From Alphaproteobacteria bacterium (GTDB taxonomy: Bacteria > Pseudomonadota > Alphaproteobacteria > SHVV01), in the NCBI GenBank assembly GCA_965261735.1, contig OZ253470.1:4576001-4640000 (forward strand): a stretch of DNA of 64,000 nucleotides, written 5' to 3'. This document shows, piece by piece, positions 8,711 through 18,456 of this stretch (within the stretch, counting starts at the first letter, position 1; each line of letters starts with the position of its first letter). The notes under the pieces are model-generated. The model saw only the letters and a program-made list of their open reading frames with translations. It ran no database searches and was not told where the DNA came from. Made by a program: the position numbers and the translations under genes.

Positions 8711-9730
8711 ATGGATGTTCTCGACCGCGCCGATCTCCCATTCCCGCATTCGCTACCCGAGTTCCAGCGACTTTTCCCCGATGATGCGGCCTGCGCCGCC
8801 TACCTGGAGAAAGCCCGCTGGGGAGACGGCTTTGCCTGCCCGCACTGCGGCACGGCGGGAGAGCCGTTCCACTTTGAAAACCGCCCTGGCGTCCTGCGCT
8901 GCCGCAAGTGCCGCCAGAACACCGGGCTGACGGTGGGAACAGTGATGGAGCGTAGCCACACTCCGCTGAACGTCTGGTTCTGGGCCGCTTATCTGGTCGC
9001 CAGTCAGACGCCCGGCATGTCCGCCGTGCAGTTTCAGCGGCAACTTGGTCTTTCGCGCTACGAGACGGCCTTTCAAATTCTCCACAAGCTCCGCTCGGGC
9101 ATGGTGCGGCCCAACCAAGACAGGATCGGTGGACAGCCCAAGAACCATGTTGAGGTGGACGAAACCTGGGTTGGCGGGCGAACGCGTGGGGAAGGCCGTG
9201 GTGTTCACCACAAGGTTCCCGTCTCCTGTGCCATCGAGGTGCGTCATCGAAAGCCGGGCACCAAGCTCGACAACCGGAAAGACGGACGCTATGCCGGACG
9301 CGTTCGGCTCGCCGTCGTGCTCGACCGTAGCGCCGAGTCGCTCTGTGGGTTCGTCGAGAGCACCGTCGCGCCGGGATCGCTGATCGTTACTGACGATTGG
9401 AGCGGCTACGCTGGCCTCGGTAAGCGCGGCTATGAGCACTTCGCTGTTGCCGAGTGTGGTGATCCAGAGGTTGCCGAGCAATACCTGCCGATCATCCATC
9501 TGGTTTTCGCCAACCTGAAGACGTGGCTGATCGGTATCCACCACGGCGTTAGCCACCAGCACCTACAAGCCTACCTCAACGAGTTCACCTTCCGCTTCAA
9601 CAGGCGGTTCTACCCGTTCAACGCCTTCCGCTCATTGCTCGGCATCGCGGGCGACACCTCTGCTCCAACCTATGCCGAGCTTTACTCGGGAGAGTGGTGG
9701 CACCCTACATGTAGCGGTCATGGGCGTTAA
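8711..9730 (+). CDS. IS1595-family transposase
   Basis: CPHC/CRKC zinc ribbon, HTH, EVDET, TDD, HLVFANLK (DDH-K type) and YLNEFTFRFNRR. Confidence 0.95.
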   Translation: MDVLDRADLPFPHSLPEFQRLFPDDAACAAYLEKARWGDGFACPHCGTAGEPFHFENRPGVLRCRKCRQNTGLTVGTVMERSHTPLNVWFWAAYLVASQTPGMSAVQFQRQLGLSRYETAFQILHKLRSGMVRPNQDRIGGQPKNHVEVDETWVGGRTRGEGRGVHHKVPVSCAIEVRHRKPGTKLDNRKDGRYAGRVRLAVVLDRSAESLCGFVESTVAPGSLIVTDDWSGYAGLGKRGYEHFAVAECGDPEVAEQYLPIIHLVFANLKTWLIGIHHGVSHQHLQAYLNEFTFRFNRRFYPFNAFRSLLGIAGDTSAPTYAELYSGEWWHPTCSGHGR

Positions 9731-10430
9731 CCGGATAGGCAAGGTTTGGACAATACCTCGACGGCACGCCCCTCATGCCGCGCGTCTACGGTCCGGACCC
9801 ATAGCAGCAGGCCACCATGATCGAGCTGCTCCTGTAGGTATTGGCCGTGGTGGTCGCCGACCCATTTGGCGAGGATCGAGCCGACCAGACCGCCCGCGCC
9901 CCCGGCTATGGCGGCCGCGGCAATGATGGCGAGGAGCGAGCCGCCCGAGGCGACCACCGCGCCGGCCGCGGCCGGCGCGCCGACGTACATCGGTCCGCCG
10001 ACGAGACCACCTTGCGCATCTCCGATCGACCCGGTGGACACGTTAAGCGGTGCGCGGCACGGCGACCTCGTCCTCGAGCTCGCCCACCTTCTCGTACCGG
10101 TGGCCGAGCATTTCCGTCACGGCCTGTTCGCTGGCGAGCCGGCTCAGATCCGCGCGATCGAAACCCGCGCTGAGGAGCTCATCAATGGCCTCCTGGAAGG
10201 ATACGGCGCTATCGAATACCGCGACGGCCTCGCGAGATTTGCTCGCTTCAACTTCCATCGACAAGTGGCTACCCCTCATGTCGGCTGTCGCAACCATATC
10301 AGAGGCCGATTCGCTCCGCGACCGCCGGCCGGGCCACCACCCGATGTGGACATTTCGGGCGCGCTCTCTGATATTCCTTTGCGTGGGCAATGATCGAGGA
10401 GGAACGCAACATCCGGTCCATGAGCATGAC

Positions 10431-11397
10431 ATGCGACGCACCCATGCCACGCTAAGCCGGCGCGCGCTCCTCGCCGCGCTGGCCGCCGCCGGGGCCGGGG
10501 CGGCAGGGGCCGCCGCTTCCTTCGGAGCTGCGCCACGGGCCGCCACCGGCGGCGCCCGTCCGATGCTCGCGAGAGCCATCCCGGCGACCGGCGAGCGGAT
10601 ACCCATCATCGGCATGGGGTCGTGGATCACGCTCAACGTCGGCAATAACAAAGCGCTCCGCGATCACCGGCTCGAGGTCGTGCGGACCTTCCTCGATCGC
10701 GGCGGCAGCGTGATCGATTCCTCACCCATGTACGGCTCGTCCGATGCCGTAATCGGCTACTGCCTGGAGCGCATCCCGGACGAGCGAGCCCTGTTTTCCG
10801 CGACCAAGGTGTGGACCTGGGGGCGAAAGCGCGGGGTTCGGCAAATGGCGGACTCGAGGCGGCTGTGGGGCATCGACCGGTTCGACCTGATGCAGATCCA
10901 CAACCTGCTCGGCTGGGAGGCTCACTTGGAGACGCTGCTCGAGCACAAAGCCCAGGGCCGGGTCCGCTATATCGGCATCACGACATCGCATGGCCGCCGC
11001 CACGAAGCCCTCGAGAAGGTGATGACGGCCGAGCCCGTCGATTTCGTGCAATTCACCTACAACATGCTCGATCGCGAGGCGGAAGAGCGCTTGCTGCCGC
11101 TTGCTGCCGCTCGCGGCCGAACGCGGTCTCGCGGTCATCATCAACCGACCCTTCCGCCGCGGGGCGCTGTTCGACCGCTTCGAGCGCCATCCGTTGCCCG
11201 AGTGGGCGGCCGAGTTCGATTGCGCGAACTGGGCCCAGTTCTTCCTCAAGTTCATCGTCTCCCACCCGGCGGTGACGTGCACTATCCCCGCGACCTCGCG
11301 CGTCGACCACATGGAGGAGAACATGGGCACCCTTTACGGCCGTCTCCCAGACCAGGACATGCGCCGCCGCATGATCCGCCACGTCGAGAGTCTGTAG
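10431..11397 (+). pseudogene. Tat-signal aldo/keto reductase, frameshifted
   Basis: SRRALL twin-arginine leader, IGMGSW, IDSSPMYG, ATKVW, DLMQIHN. A 10-bp duplication at 11091-11110 shifts the frame; the C-terminus is in ORF 11101..11397. Confidence 0.85.
11091..11110 (+). repeat. 10-bp tandem duplication
   Basis: TTGCTGCCGC TTGCTGCCGC read directly. Confidence 0.95.
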
Positions 11398-11411
11398 CCT
11401 GAACGATGCGC

Positions 11412-13427
11412 CTAGCTCGAAGGCGGGAGCGTCACGAAGTCGGCGTAACGCCCCCACAGGGTGGGCGCCAGGCCGGTCGGGCCACTCAGTCCCGCCGGCA
11501 GCATGAGTTGCCGCGGCTCGTCGGCGGTCAAGATGGCGCCGGCTGGAAACCGGCAGGACAGGGCCCGACCGTCGAGCCGGCAGGGATCGGACCGGGCCGT
11601 GCCGCCGTCGGTCCAGGAGAGTTCGATCGAGCGCGCACCAGGCATGGTCACGGGAACCGAGAAATGGATGCGGATGCGGGCGCTGCCATCCGCCTCGGCG
11701 ATTGCCGGCCAATCGACATGGACGATGCGCGGCGCTTCGTCGTAGAGACCGCGCTCGAGGTGGACGTAGAACGCAGCTCGCGGCACGCCGTCCTGAAGCG
11801 CACCGATATCGGGCCGGACCGGCCCGTTCTCATCGCACGACGCCGCGCCGGACGCGCCAACGTGAACGAGGCACCCCGCGGCTTCGGCGAGCTCGGGCAT
11901 CAGCAGCGTAAAGTCGCCGGCCCACGGCCTCGCGAAAACCCGTTGCGGCCAGGCAACTGAAATACCGTCGACGCCGTAGCCTGCGGCGCGCAGATTGGCC
12001 GGAAAATCGCGATGGTTGCTGAGGTCGAAGCGGAAATCGAAGCGTGGCGGCCACGGTAGAAAGTCCTTAAAGAACGGCTTGTTGGCGTCGGTCGGCGAGC
12101 AGGCGCCGTCGATCGGATCGCCCCGCCGGCAATACTCGATGGCGTTGTTCCAGTGCGAGAACTCCCTGACCATGCCGTCCTTGGTGACGCTGGCGCGCAA
12201 ATACCAACTGTTGTTGAACACGTAGACGGGCCCGGGCAGCCCCTGCCCCGGCGGTGTGTGCTTGGGTTTGCGAAACTTGAGAACGCGACCGCCGTCGTGC
12301 AAATCGCCGCACTCCTCTGGATCGCGCCTCTTCCAGTCGCGGCAACGGACGTCGCATAGCCGGCTCGGCCGGTCGTCGAAATAGCCGGTGTTGTGGTGCA
12401 CGTAGTAGCGGCCGCCGTGGAGGCCATCGAAGGAAAACCAAGCGTGCGCGTTGTGAATCACATTGTCGTGAATCCACCAATTGGTCGCATCGAACTCCGG
12501 TTCGACTACGTTGTCGCGGATGTTGTGAAACTCGTTCTCGTAAATCTCGACGTTGGTGTTGACCTTGCCGCGCATGGCGGGGTCGGCCTCGTCGGAGACG
12601 TCCATGCGCACGGCGTTGAAGGCGAACCGCACCTTGTTGCGCCGTACGATGACGCCACCCAGAATGTCCTGGCTGGCGAAGAGAGCGCCATTGAGGTGGC
12701 GCCTCTCGCCGTACTTGAACTCGCACCAATGGTCCCTCTGCCACATCGCTCCGCTGGGATCCTGCAACCAGGTCACGCCCTCGACTAGGAAGTGGTGGGA
12801 GGTACGACCGGTCGCGAGAACCACGTATTGGCCGTCCTCGACGGTTGCGTCGCGAAGGGTGATGTGGTGGCTTTCCTCGGCATAGAGCGCGGCGTCGCGG
12901 CAACCCCTCATGGTGACGTTCTCGATAACGACGTGGCTTCGCCCCGACAGGAGAATGCAACTCGCGCTCGCGCGTAGCGGAGGGAGCACGAAGCCCTGAA
13001 ACAAGGGATGGTTGGGGTCGATCCACTCTGGCGGCTCCTCAAAGGGCCGCAGGCCAGACCCATCGATCGTCGCGCCGGCGGAAGCACCTCGCGCGGGACC
13101 ACTGATGACGACCGGATCGCCGTCCGAGCCGCTCACCTGGATATCGAGGCGATCCTGTTCGTTTGCTTGATCGTAGACCCCGTCCAGTAGCCAGATGAGC
13201 GTGCCGGGCCGAGCCCGCCCGAGGGCCTCGGCGAGCGTTGCGGCGAGGAGGGGCTGGGCCGGGTCGATCCCGAAGCGCTCGGCCGTCGAGGCATCGAGGA
13301 CCGAAGATGCGGCGGTCCCGATGGCATGGCGAGGGTCGCCGCTCGGCGCGACGACGATGAGCCGCTCTTGCGCGACCGCAACGGCCGACGCGAGACACAG
13401 GACGCAGACCAGAAGAATACGTAGCAT
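11412..13427 (-). CDS. secreted right-handed parallel beta-helix (pectin lyase-like fold) protein
   Basis: Signal peptide; repeated Asn-ladder strands (VVIENVTM, VIVRRNKV, VEIYENEF, WWIHDNVI, YYVHHNTG, VYVFNNSW); PDIGA motif; possible C-terminal Ig-like domain. Confidence 0.75.
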   Translation of the reverse strand: MLRILLVCVLCLASAVAVAQERLIVVAPSGDPRHAIGTAASSVLDASTAERFGIDPAQPLLAATLAEALGRARPGTLIWLLDGVYDQANEQDRLDIQVSGSDGDPVVISGPARGASAGATIDGSGLRPFEEPPEWIDPNHPLFQGFVLPPLRASASCILLSGRSHVVIENVTMRGCRDAALYAEESHHITLRDATVEDGQYVVLATGRTSHHFLVEGVTWLQDPSGAMWQRDHWCEFKYGERRHLNGALFASQDILGGVIVRRNKVRFAFNAVRMDVSDEADPAMRGKVNTNVEIYENEFHNIRDNVVEPEFDATNWWIHDNVIHNAHAWFSFDGLHGGRYYVHHNTGYFDDRPSRLCDVRCRDWKRRDPEECGDLHDGGRVLKFRKPKHTPPGQGLPGPVYVFNNSWYLRASVTKDGMVREFSHWNNAIEYCRRGDPIDGACSPTDANKPFFKDFLPWPPRFDFRFDLSNHRDFPANLRAAGYGVDGISVAWPQRVFARPWAGDFTLLMPELAEAAGCLVHVGASGAASCDENGPVRPDIGALQDGVPRAAFYVHLERGLYDEAPRIVHVDWPAIAEADGSARIRIHFSVPVTMPGARSIELSWTDGGTARSDPCRLDGRALSCRFPAGAILTADEPRQLMLPAGLSGPTGLAPTLWGRYADFVTLPPSS

Positions 13428-13626
13428 GCGCGGGCGAGGCTCGATGGGCGCTGCGTGCGTGGTAATCGGGCGCCCTATTGTAGTAGCGGTACGCGGATCG
13501 TCGCAAAGCGTCAGATTGCGGGAGTCAGACGGACATCTCGGGCCCAGAGGTCTGCCTCGATGGCGCCTTGTTTTGCGTGTTCTTTCGCGCGCTGGCCTAT
13601 ACTTCGGCGCCAGGGAGGAATGCGAC

Positions 13627-15705
13627 TTGGCCTATCGGGTGACGGTCGATACCGGGGGCACGTTCACCGACGTGGTGATCGCCGACGGCGCTGGGCGACT
13701 GGTGGTCGGCAAGGCGCCGACCACGCCGGCGCGCATCTTCGAGGGCATGCGTGCGGCGATCGACGCCACCGCCGGCGAGCTCGGCCTCGGCCTCGGAGCG
13801 CTGCTCGCCGACACCGAAATCCTGATCTACGGCACCACCAGGGCAACCAACGCGATCGTCGAGAAGACCGTGGCCAAAACCGCGCTGCTGCTGACCGAGG
13901 GATTCCCCAACATCCTGGTAGTGCGTGAGGGCGGCAGGGAGGACGCCTTCGACTTCACGCAGGAGTTCCCCGACCCTTATGTCCCACAGCACAACACCTT
14001 CGAGGTGCCCGAAAGGATCGACGCCGAAGGCGGCGTCGTTACGCCGATCGACCGCGCCGCCGTGCGCGCGATCATCGAGCGCATCCGCGACCGCGGGTTC
14101 GAGGCGGTGGCCGTGTGCCTGCTGTGGTCGATCGCCAACTCCGAGCACGAGCTGGCCGTGGCCGGGCTACTCGACGAGATCGTGCCCGGCGTGCCCTACA
14201 CTTTGTCGCACCGGCTGCTGCCGGTGCTGCGCGAGTACCGCCGCGCCTCGGCGACCGCGATCGACGCTTCGCTCAAGCCGCTGATGCGCGACCACCTGCA
14301 CACCATGGAGGCGGACCTGCGTGCCGCCGGCTACAGCGGCGAAATCCTGATCAGCACCTCGGTCGGCGGCTGCATGAACCTGGCCGAGCTGGCCGAGCGG
14401 CCAATCCACTCGGTGCGCTCGGGCCCGGCGATGGCCCCGGTCGCCGGGCGCACCTACGCGGCGCGCGAGAACGCCGGCAGCGACGTCATCGTGTGCGACA
14501 CCGGCGGCACGACGTTCGACGTCGGCCTGGTGCACGGCGGTGAGCTCAAACACACTCGTGAGACCTGGATCGGCGGGCGCTGGCGCGGCCACATCCTGGG
14601 CGTGTCGGCGGTCGACGTGCGCAGCGTCGGGGCCGGCGGCGGCTCGATCGCGTGGATCGATCCCGGCGGGCTGCTGCAGATCGGCCCGCACAGCGCCGGC
14701 GCCGATCCTGGCCCGGCGTGCTACGGCCAGGGCGGCAGCGCGCCGACGGTGACCGACGCGGCGGCGGTACTGGGCTATATCGACCCCGACTATTTCCTCG
14801 GCGGGCGCATGGCGCTGGACATCGACGCGGCACACCGCGCGATCGAAACGGTCGCCGGCCCGCTCGCGATCTCCATCGAGGATGCCGCGTTCGCGGTCAA
14901 CACCCTCGCGGGCGAGCTGATGATCAAGGCGATCCAGGACATCACCGTCGCCGAGGGGTTCGATCCGCGCGAGAGCGCCCTGGTCGCGGGCGGCGGCGCG
15001 GCCGGACTCAACATCATGCCGATTGCCCGCGAGCTCGGCTGCGCCCGGGTGGTGCTGCCGCAAACGGCGAGCGCGCTGAGCGCCTGCGGCATGCAGTTCG
15101 CCGACATCGTCTCCGAGCATTCGGCGAGCGTGGTGACAGCCTCGGGCGATTTCGACTTCGAACGCGTCAATGCAGCGCTGCAGGGCATCGAAGACGAGCT
15201 CGGCCGCTTCGCCGCCAGCCTCGGCGCCGAGGCGGCGGCGCGCGCGTTCACGAGCTTCACGGTCGAGGGACGCTATCGCTTCCAGGTCTGGGAGCTGGAG
15301 GTGCCCCTGCCGGTCGAGCGCTTCCGCAGCGATGCCGATGTAGCGGCGCTGGTCGAGGCGTTCCACACTACGCACGAACGCCTCTATGCCGTGCGCGATG
15401 TCGGCGGCGAGCTCGAATGCCTGAACTGGAGGGGCCAGGTCAGCATCGACCTCGGCGGGGCGGACGGCGCGGCGGCAGCGGCAGCGACCGAGACCACGGC
15501 AACGCCGGTGGGCGAACGTACCGCCTATTTCGGCGACCAGGCGGTGGCGACGCCGATCTTCCGCGGTCCCGAGCTCGTCGGCGGGGCCGCGCTGGCCGGC
15601 CCGGCTATCGTCGAGGAGCCAACCACGACGCTGGTTGTGTATCCTGGCATGCGCGCGCGCAAGAGCGGCGCAGCCAACTATCTGCTCGAGGTGGGGGCGG
15701 CATGA
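13627..15705 (+). CDS. hydantoinase/oxoprolinase subunit A (N-methylhydantoinase A-like)
   Basis: TTG start after RBS GGAGG; DTGGTFTD, SGPA, DTGGTTFD, GAGGGS and GPHSAGADPGPACYG. Confidence 0.92.
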   Translation: MAYRVTVDTGGTFTDVVIADGAGRLVVGKAPTTPARIFEGMRAAIDATAGELGLGLGALLADTEILIYGTTRATNAIVEKTVAKTALLLTEGFPNILVVREGGREDAFDFTQEFPDPYVPQHNTFEVPERIDAEGGVVTPIDRAAVRAIIERIRDRGFEAVAVCLLWSIANSEHELAVAGLLDEIVPGVPYTLSHRLLPVLREYRRASATAIDASLKPLMRDHLHTMEADLRAAGYSGEILISTSVGGCMNLAELAERPIHSVRSGPAMAPVAGRTYAARENAGSDVIVCDTGGTTFDVGLVHGGELKHTRETWIGGRWRGHILGVSAVDVRSVGAGGGSIAWIDPGGLLQIGPHSAGADPGPACYGQGGSAPTVTDAAAVLGYIDPDYFLGGRMALDIDAAHRAIETVAGPLAISIEDAAFAVNTLAGELMIKAIQDITVAEGFDPRESALVAGGGAAGLNIMPIARELGCARVVLPQTASALSACGMQFADIVSEHSASVVTASGDFDFERVNAALQGIEDELGRFAASLGAEAAARAFTSFTVEGRYRFQVWELEVPLPVERFRSDADVAALVEAFHTTHERLYAVRDVGGELECLNWRGQVSIDLGGADGAAAAAATETTATPVGERTAYFGDQAVATPIFRGPELVGGAALAGPAIVEEPTTTLVVYPGMRARKSGAANYLLEVGAA

Positions 15706-17546
15706 GCGAACAGGACCGGACGCTCGACCCGCTGACGGTGTCGGTGGTCGCGAACCGCGTCGATGCGATCGTGCGCGAGATGTCCAACACCCTGCTGCGC
15801 AGCAGCCGCTCGACGGTGATCGCCAGCGTGCGCGATTTCTCGTGCACGATCGTCACCGCCGACAACCGGCTGCTGAGCGCGACCGACGGCATTCCCGCAC
15901 ACGTGTTCGGGTCCGACATCCAGACCCGGTCGATGTGCGACCTGCACGACGACCTCGCCGAAGGCGATGCGTTCCTGCACAACGATCCCTATCTCGGCAA
16001 TACCCACGCCGCCGATCTGACGATCCTGATCCCGGTGTTCGTCGTCGGCGAGCATGTGTTCACGACCTGCGCCAAGGCGCATCAGGCCGACATCGGCAAC
16101 TCGGTGCCGTCGACCTATCACGCCTCGGCCAAGGACGTATACGAGGAAGGCGCGCTGATCTTTCCTTGTGTGCGGGTGCAGCGCGACTTCGAGATGATCG
16201 ACGACATTATCCGCATGTGCCGGGCGCGGATCCGCGTTCCCGGCCAATGGCATGGCGACTTCCTGGCGACGCTGGGCTCGGCGCGGATCGGCGAACGGCG
16301 GCTCAAGGAACTGTGCGCCAAATATGGCGTTGCCACGATCAAGGCGTTCATCGAGCAGTGGCTGGATTATTCCGAGCGGCGCATGGAACAGGCGATCCGC
16401 AAGCTGCCCAAGGCGCACCTCGTGGCCAGCGGCATGCACGACCCGGTGCCGCCGCTACTGCCCGACGGCATCCCGGTCAACGTCGCCATCGATATCGACC
16501 CGGACCAGGGCAACATCGACGTCGACCTGCGCGACAACATCGACAACGTTCCCTGCGGACTCAACCAGTCCGAGGCGTGCGTACGCAACAACACGCTGAT
16601 CGGTATCCTCAACGGTCTCGAGCCGGAGCCGGGGATTCCGCGCAACGCCGGCTCGTTCCGGCGCATTCGCATCCATATTCGCGAAGGCTGCGCCATCGGC
16701 AAGCCGAAGTTCCCCCACTCCTGCTCGATGGCGACCTCCAACATCGGCGAACGTCTGGCCAACATCATCCAGGCCGCCTTCGCCACGCTCGGCGACGGCC
16801 GCGGCCTGGCCCACGGCGCCACCGGCATGAGCGCGGTGGTATCGGGGCCCGATTACCGCCACGGCGGCAAGCCGTTCATCAACCAGCTCGCGCTCAACGT
16901 CATCGGCGGACCGGCCGGACCGCGGGCCGACGGCTGGGTGACTTTTGGCATTCCCGGCGGTGCCGGCATGGTCTACCGAGAGAGCGTCGAGCTGATCGAG
17001 GTGACGCACCCGATCCTGGTCGAGTGCCAGCGCCTGCAGCCGGGTTCGGGCGGCGCCGGACGCCGCCACGGCGCTCCGTCGGCGGAGGTGATCTACGGGC
17101 CGCGGCGAGACCCGATCACGCTGGTCATCGCTTGCGACAACCAGGTGTATCCGGCGCTAGGCGTGCGCGGCGGCAGCGCTGGCCAGGCCGCGTCGCACTA
17201 CCGCATCCGCGCCAATGGCGAGGCCGAGAGGATGCCCAGCATCACCCAATTCGACCTGGCGTTCGGCGAAAAGGCGCGGTTCCTCAATGCCACCGGCGGC
17301 GGCTACGGCGACCCGCTCATGCGCGAGCCCGAGCGGGTGCTGGACGACGTGCTGCGCCAATGGGAGACACTCGCGCGTGCGCACGAGACCTACGGCGTGG
17401 TGCTGACCGGCTCGGCCGAGGACGAGACCCTGGCGGTCGACGAAGCCGCGACGCGCGCGCTGCGGGCGGAGCGACAGGCCACGCCCGAGGAGATTGCCGC
17501 CAGAGACGCCGCTCGGGTCGAAATCGGAAGCGGTGAACGCCTGTAG
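15702..17546 (+). CDS. hydantoinase/oxoprolinase subunit B
   Basis: ATGA overlap with subunit A; RDFSC, HNDPYLGNTHAAD, HQADIG and GGGYGDP. Confidence 0.92.
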   Translation: MSEQDRTLDPLTVSVVANRVDAIVREMSNTLLRSSRSTVIASVRDFSCTIVTADNRLLSATDGIPAHVFGSDIQTRSMCDLHDDLAEGDAFLHNDPYLGNTHAADLTILIPVFVVGEHVFTTCAKAHQADIGNSVPSTYHASAKDVYEEGALIFPCVRVQRDFEMIDDIIRMCRARIRVPGQWHGDFLATLGSARIGERRLKELCAKYGVATIKAFIEQWLDYSERRMEQAIRKLPKAHLVASGMHDPVPPLLPDGIPVNVAIDIDPDQGNIDVDLRDNIDNVPCGLNQSEACVRNNTLIGILNGLEPEPGIPRNAGSFRRIRIHIREGCAIGKPKFPHSCSMATSNIGERLANIIQAAFATLGDGRGLAHGATGMSAVVSGPDYRHGGKPFINQLALNVIGGPAGPRADGWVTFGIPGGAGMVYRESVELIEVTHPILVECQRLQPGSGGAGRRHGAPSAEVIYGPRRDPITLVIACDNQVYPALGVRGGSAGQAASHYRIRANGEAERMPSITQFDLAFGEKARFLNATGGGYGDPLMREPERVLDDVLRQWETLARAHETYGVVLTGSAEDETLAVDEAATRALRAERQATPEEIAARDAARVEIGSGERL

Positions 17547-17589
17547 AGGGTCGCCCATCGCGGAATAGGCCTGCACAGAACGAGCAGGG

Positions 17590-17887
17590 GAGATATCGAG
17601 CGTCAAAGTGAAAGACTGGTCGACGCGATCGCAGAAGGCGCGGTCTCAGCCTTGGCGCGGTCGGCGACAAGCTCAGGTCTCTCGAAGCTAGTTGGTCGCT
17701 CTCGGTCCGATCACTGAAGAGCCAGACCTGGCGTTCGAATGGCGCGCCAACCGCCGCCAAAATCCACAAACAGAAGGTCGCCGATCTGCCGCCGGCGCTT
17801 CCCGCCGACGACATCGCCCGTGAACAAGCTATGTCCGCGCTGCGCGGCCTCGTCGAGAAGATCGTCGCCCTACCCGCCGAAGCCCGT
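17590..17887 (+). pseudogene. remnant of a large serine recombinase C-terminal region
   Basis: Broken frames read DIERQSERLVDAIAEG and KQKVADL...EQAMSALRGLVEKIVALP, resembling the coiled-coil/C-terminus of recombinase-family proteins. Confidence 0.5.
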
Positions 17888-17933
17888 GGGAGAGCCGTTC
17901 CACTTTGAAAACCGCCCTGGCGTCCTGCGCTGC
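17888..17933 (+). mobile_element. 46-bp internal fragment of the local IS1595 element
   Basis: GGGAGAGCCGTTCCACTTTGAAAACCGCCCTGGCGTCCTGCGCTGC is identical to 8857-8902. Confidence 0.9.
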
Positions 17934-18199
17934 TTAGGGGGCATTGCGGTGAGTTCGGCATGGTCGTCGCGCAAGGCGCGTCGAAGGTCACGATCCTCAT
18001 CGAGATGATCGAAGACCGCGACGACGCGCGTTTGCCGGCGCTGGCGCGTGAGGCCCTGGGGTCGCTGGTCGAGCAGCTGAGGATGGCCCAGACACAGATC
18101 CTCGATCTTGAGAAGCAACTGAAGGCCTGGCATCGCACCAATGAGGCAAGCCGGCGGCTTGAGGCGATCCCGGGTGTCGGGGTGATCACCGCCACCGCC
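17934..18199 (+). pseudogene. IS110-family transposase internal fragment
   Basis: RGHCGEFGMVVAQG...RRLEAIPGVGVITATA is typical of IS110/IS1111 proteins. Confidence 0.8.
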
Positions 18200-18350
18200 T
18201 CAAGGAGATACATGACGCTGGAATCCATCGCTCCGCTGAGCGATGGTGTCCCCATCACGCTGCCCACCGTGGCAGCCTGAACGTCCCGGCCCTACCCGCC
18301 GGGAGCCGCGTAGAGCGCAACGCTCTTACACCACTCCGCGGGACACGATC
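18200..18350 (+). mobile_element. IS256-family 3' end (transposase tail plus right end)
   Basis: RYMTLESIAPLSD...LPTVAA* tail, followed by TACACCACTCCGCGGGACACGATC resembling an IS256-family right end. Confidence 0.7.
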
Positions 18351-18456
18351 GCCGCGCGGCCGCGGGGTTTCCGCCCTCTCTGAAACCGACCATACTGGAA
18401 GCCAATTGGGCGGTGGTCCGCAGTGCGGATCGCCAGCGGGCCGGTTGGGGGGCGGG

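Larger units (their letters stand above)
8639..9743 (+). mobile_element. IS1595-family element (ISSod11-like subgroup), copy 1, 1105 bp
   Basis: TIRs CTTGCCTATCCGGTT / AACCGGATAGGCAAG; 8-bp TSD GTTTGGAC at 8631-8638 and 9744-9751. Confidence 0.93.
8584..10258 (-). pseudogene. conserved hypothetical glycine/alanine-rich membrane protein (general-stress-protein-like), split by IS1595 and frameshifted
   Basis: MEVEASKSREAVAVFDS... has a +1 shift at ~10044 (GCT TAA CGT GTC vs GCT TAC GTG TCC). Removing the IS and one TSD restores ...EVLSKHSGREVHVHEMPSST* ending at 8584. Confidence 0.7.

Noticed and set aside
7899-8741. Shared N-terminus MGDRRGREHPW on the nuclease ORF and on ORF 60146..61153, suggesting a fusion domain
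   Set aside because: It is the antisense reading of the IS1595 left end running into flanking frames.
14652-17546. Long N-terminal extensions in the ORF track (964, 836, 730 and 576 aa calls) as novel fusion proteins
   Set aside because: The extensions overlap neighbouring genes or spacers, and the family motifs begin at downstream starts, most with an RBS or ATGA overlap.
17934-18280. Functional IS110/bridge-RNA recombinase system
   Set aside because: Only a short internal fragment is present, with no DEDD domain, catalytic C-terminus or non-coding end; its tail belongs to IS256.
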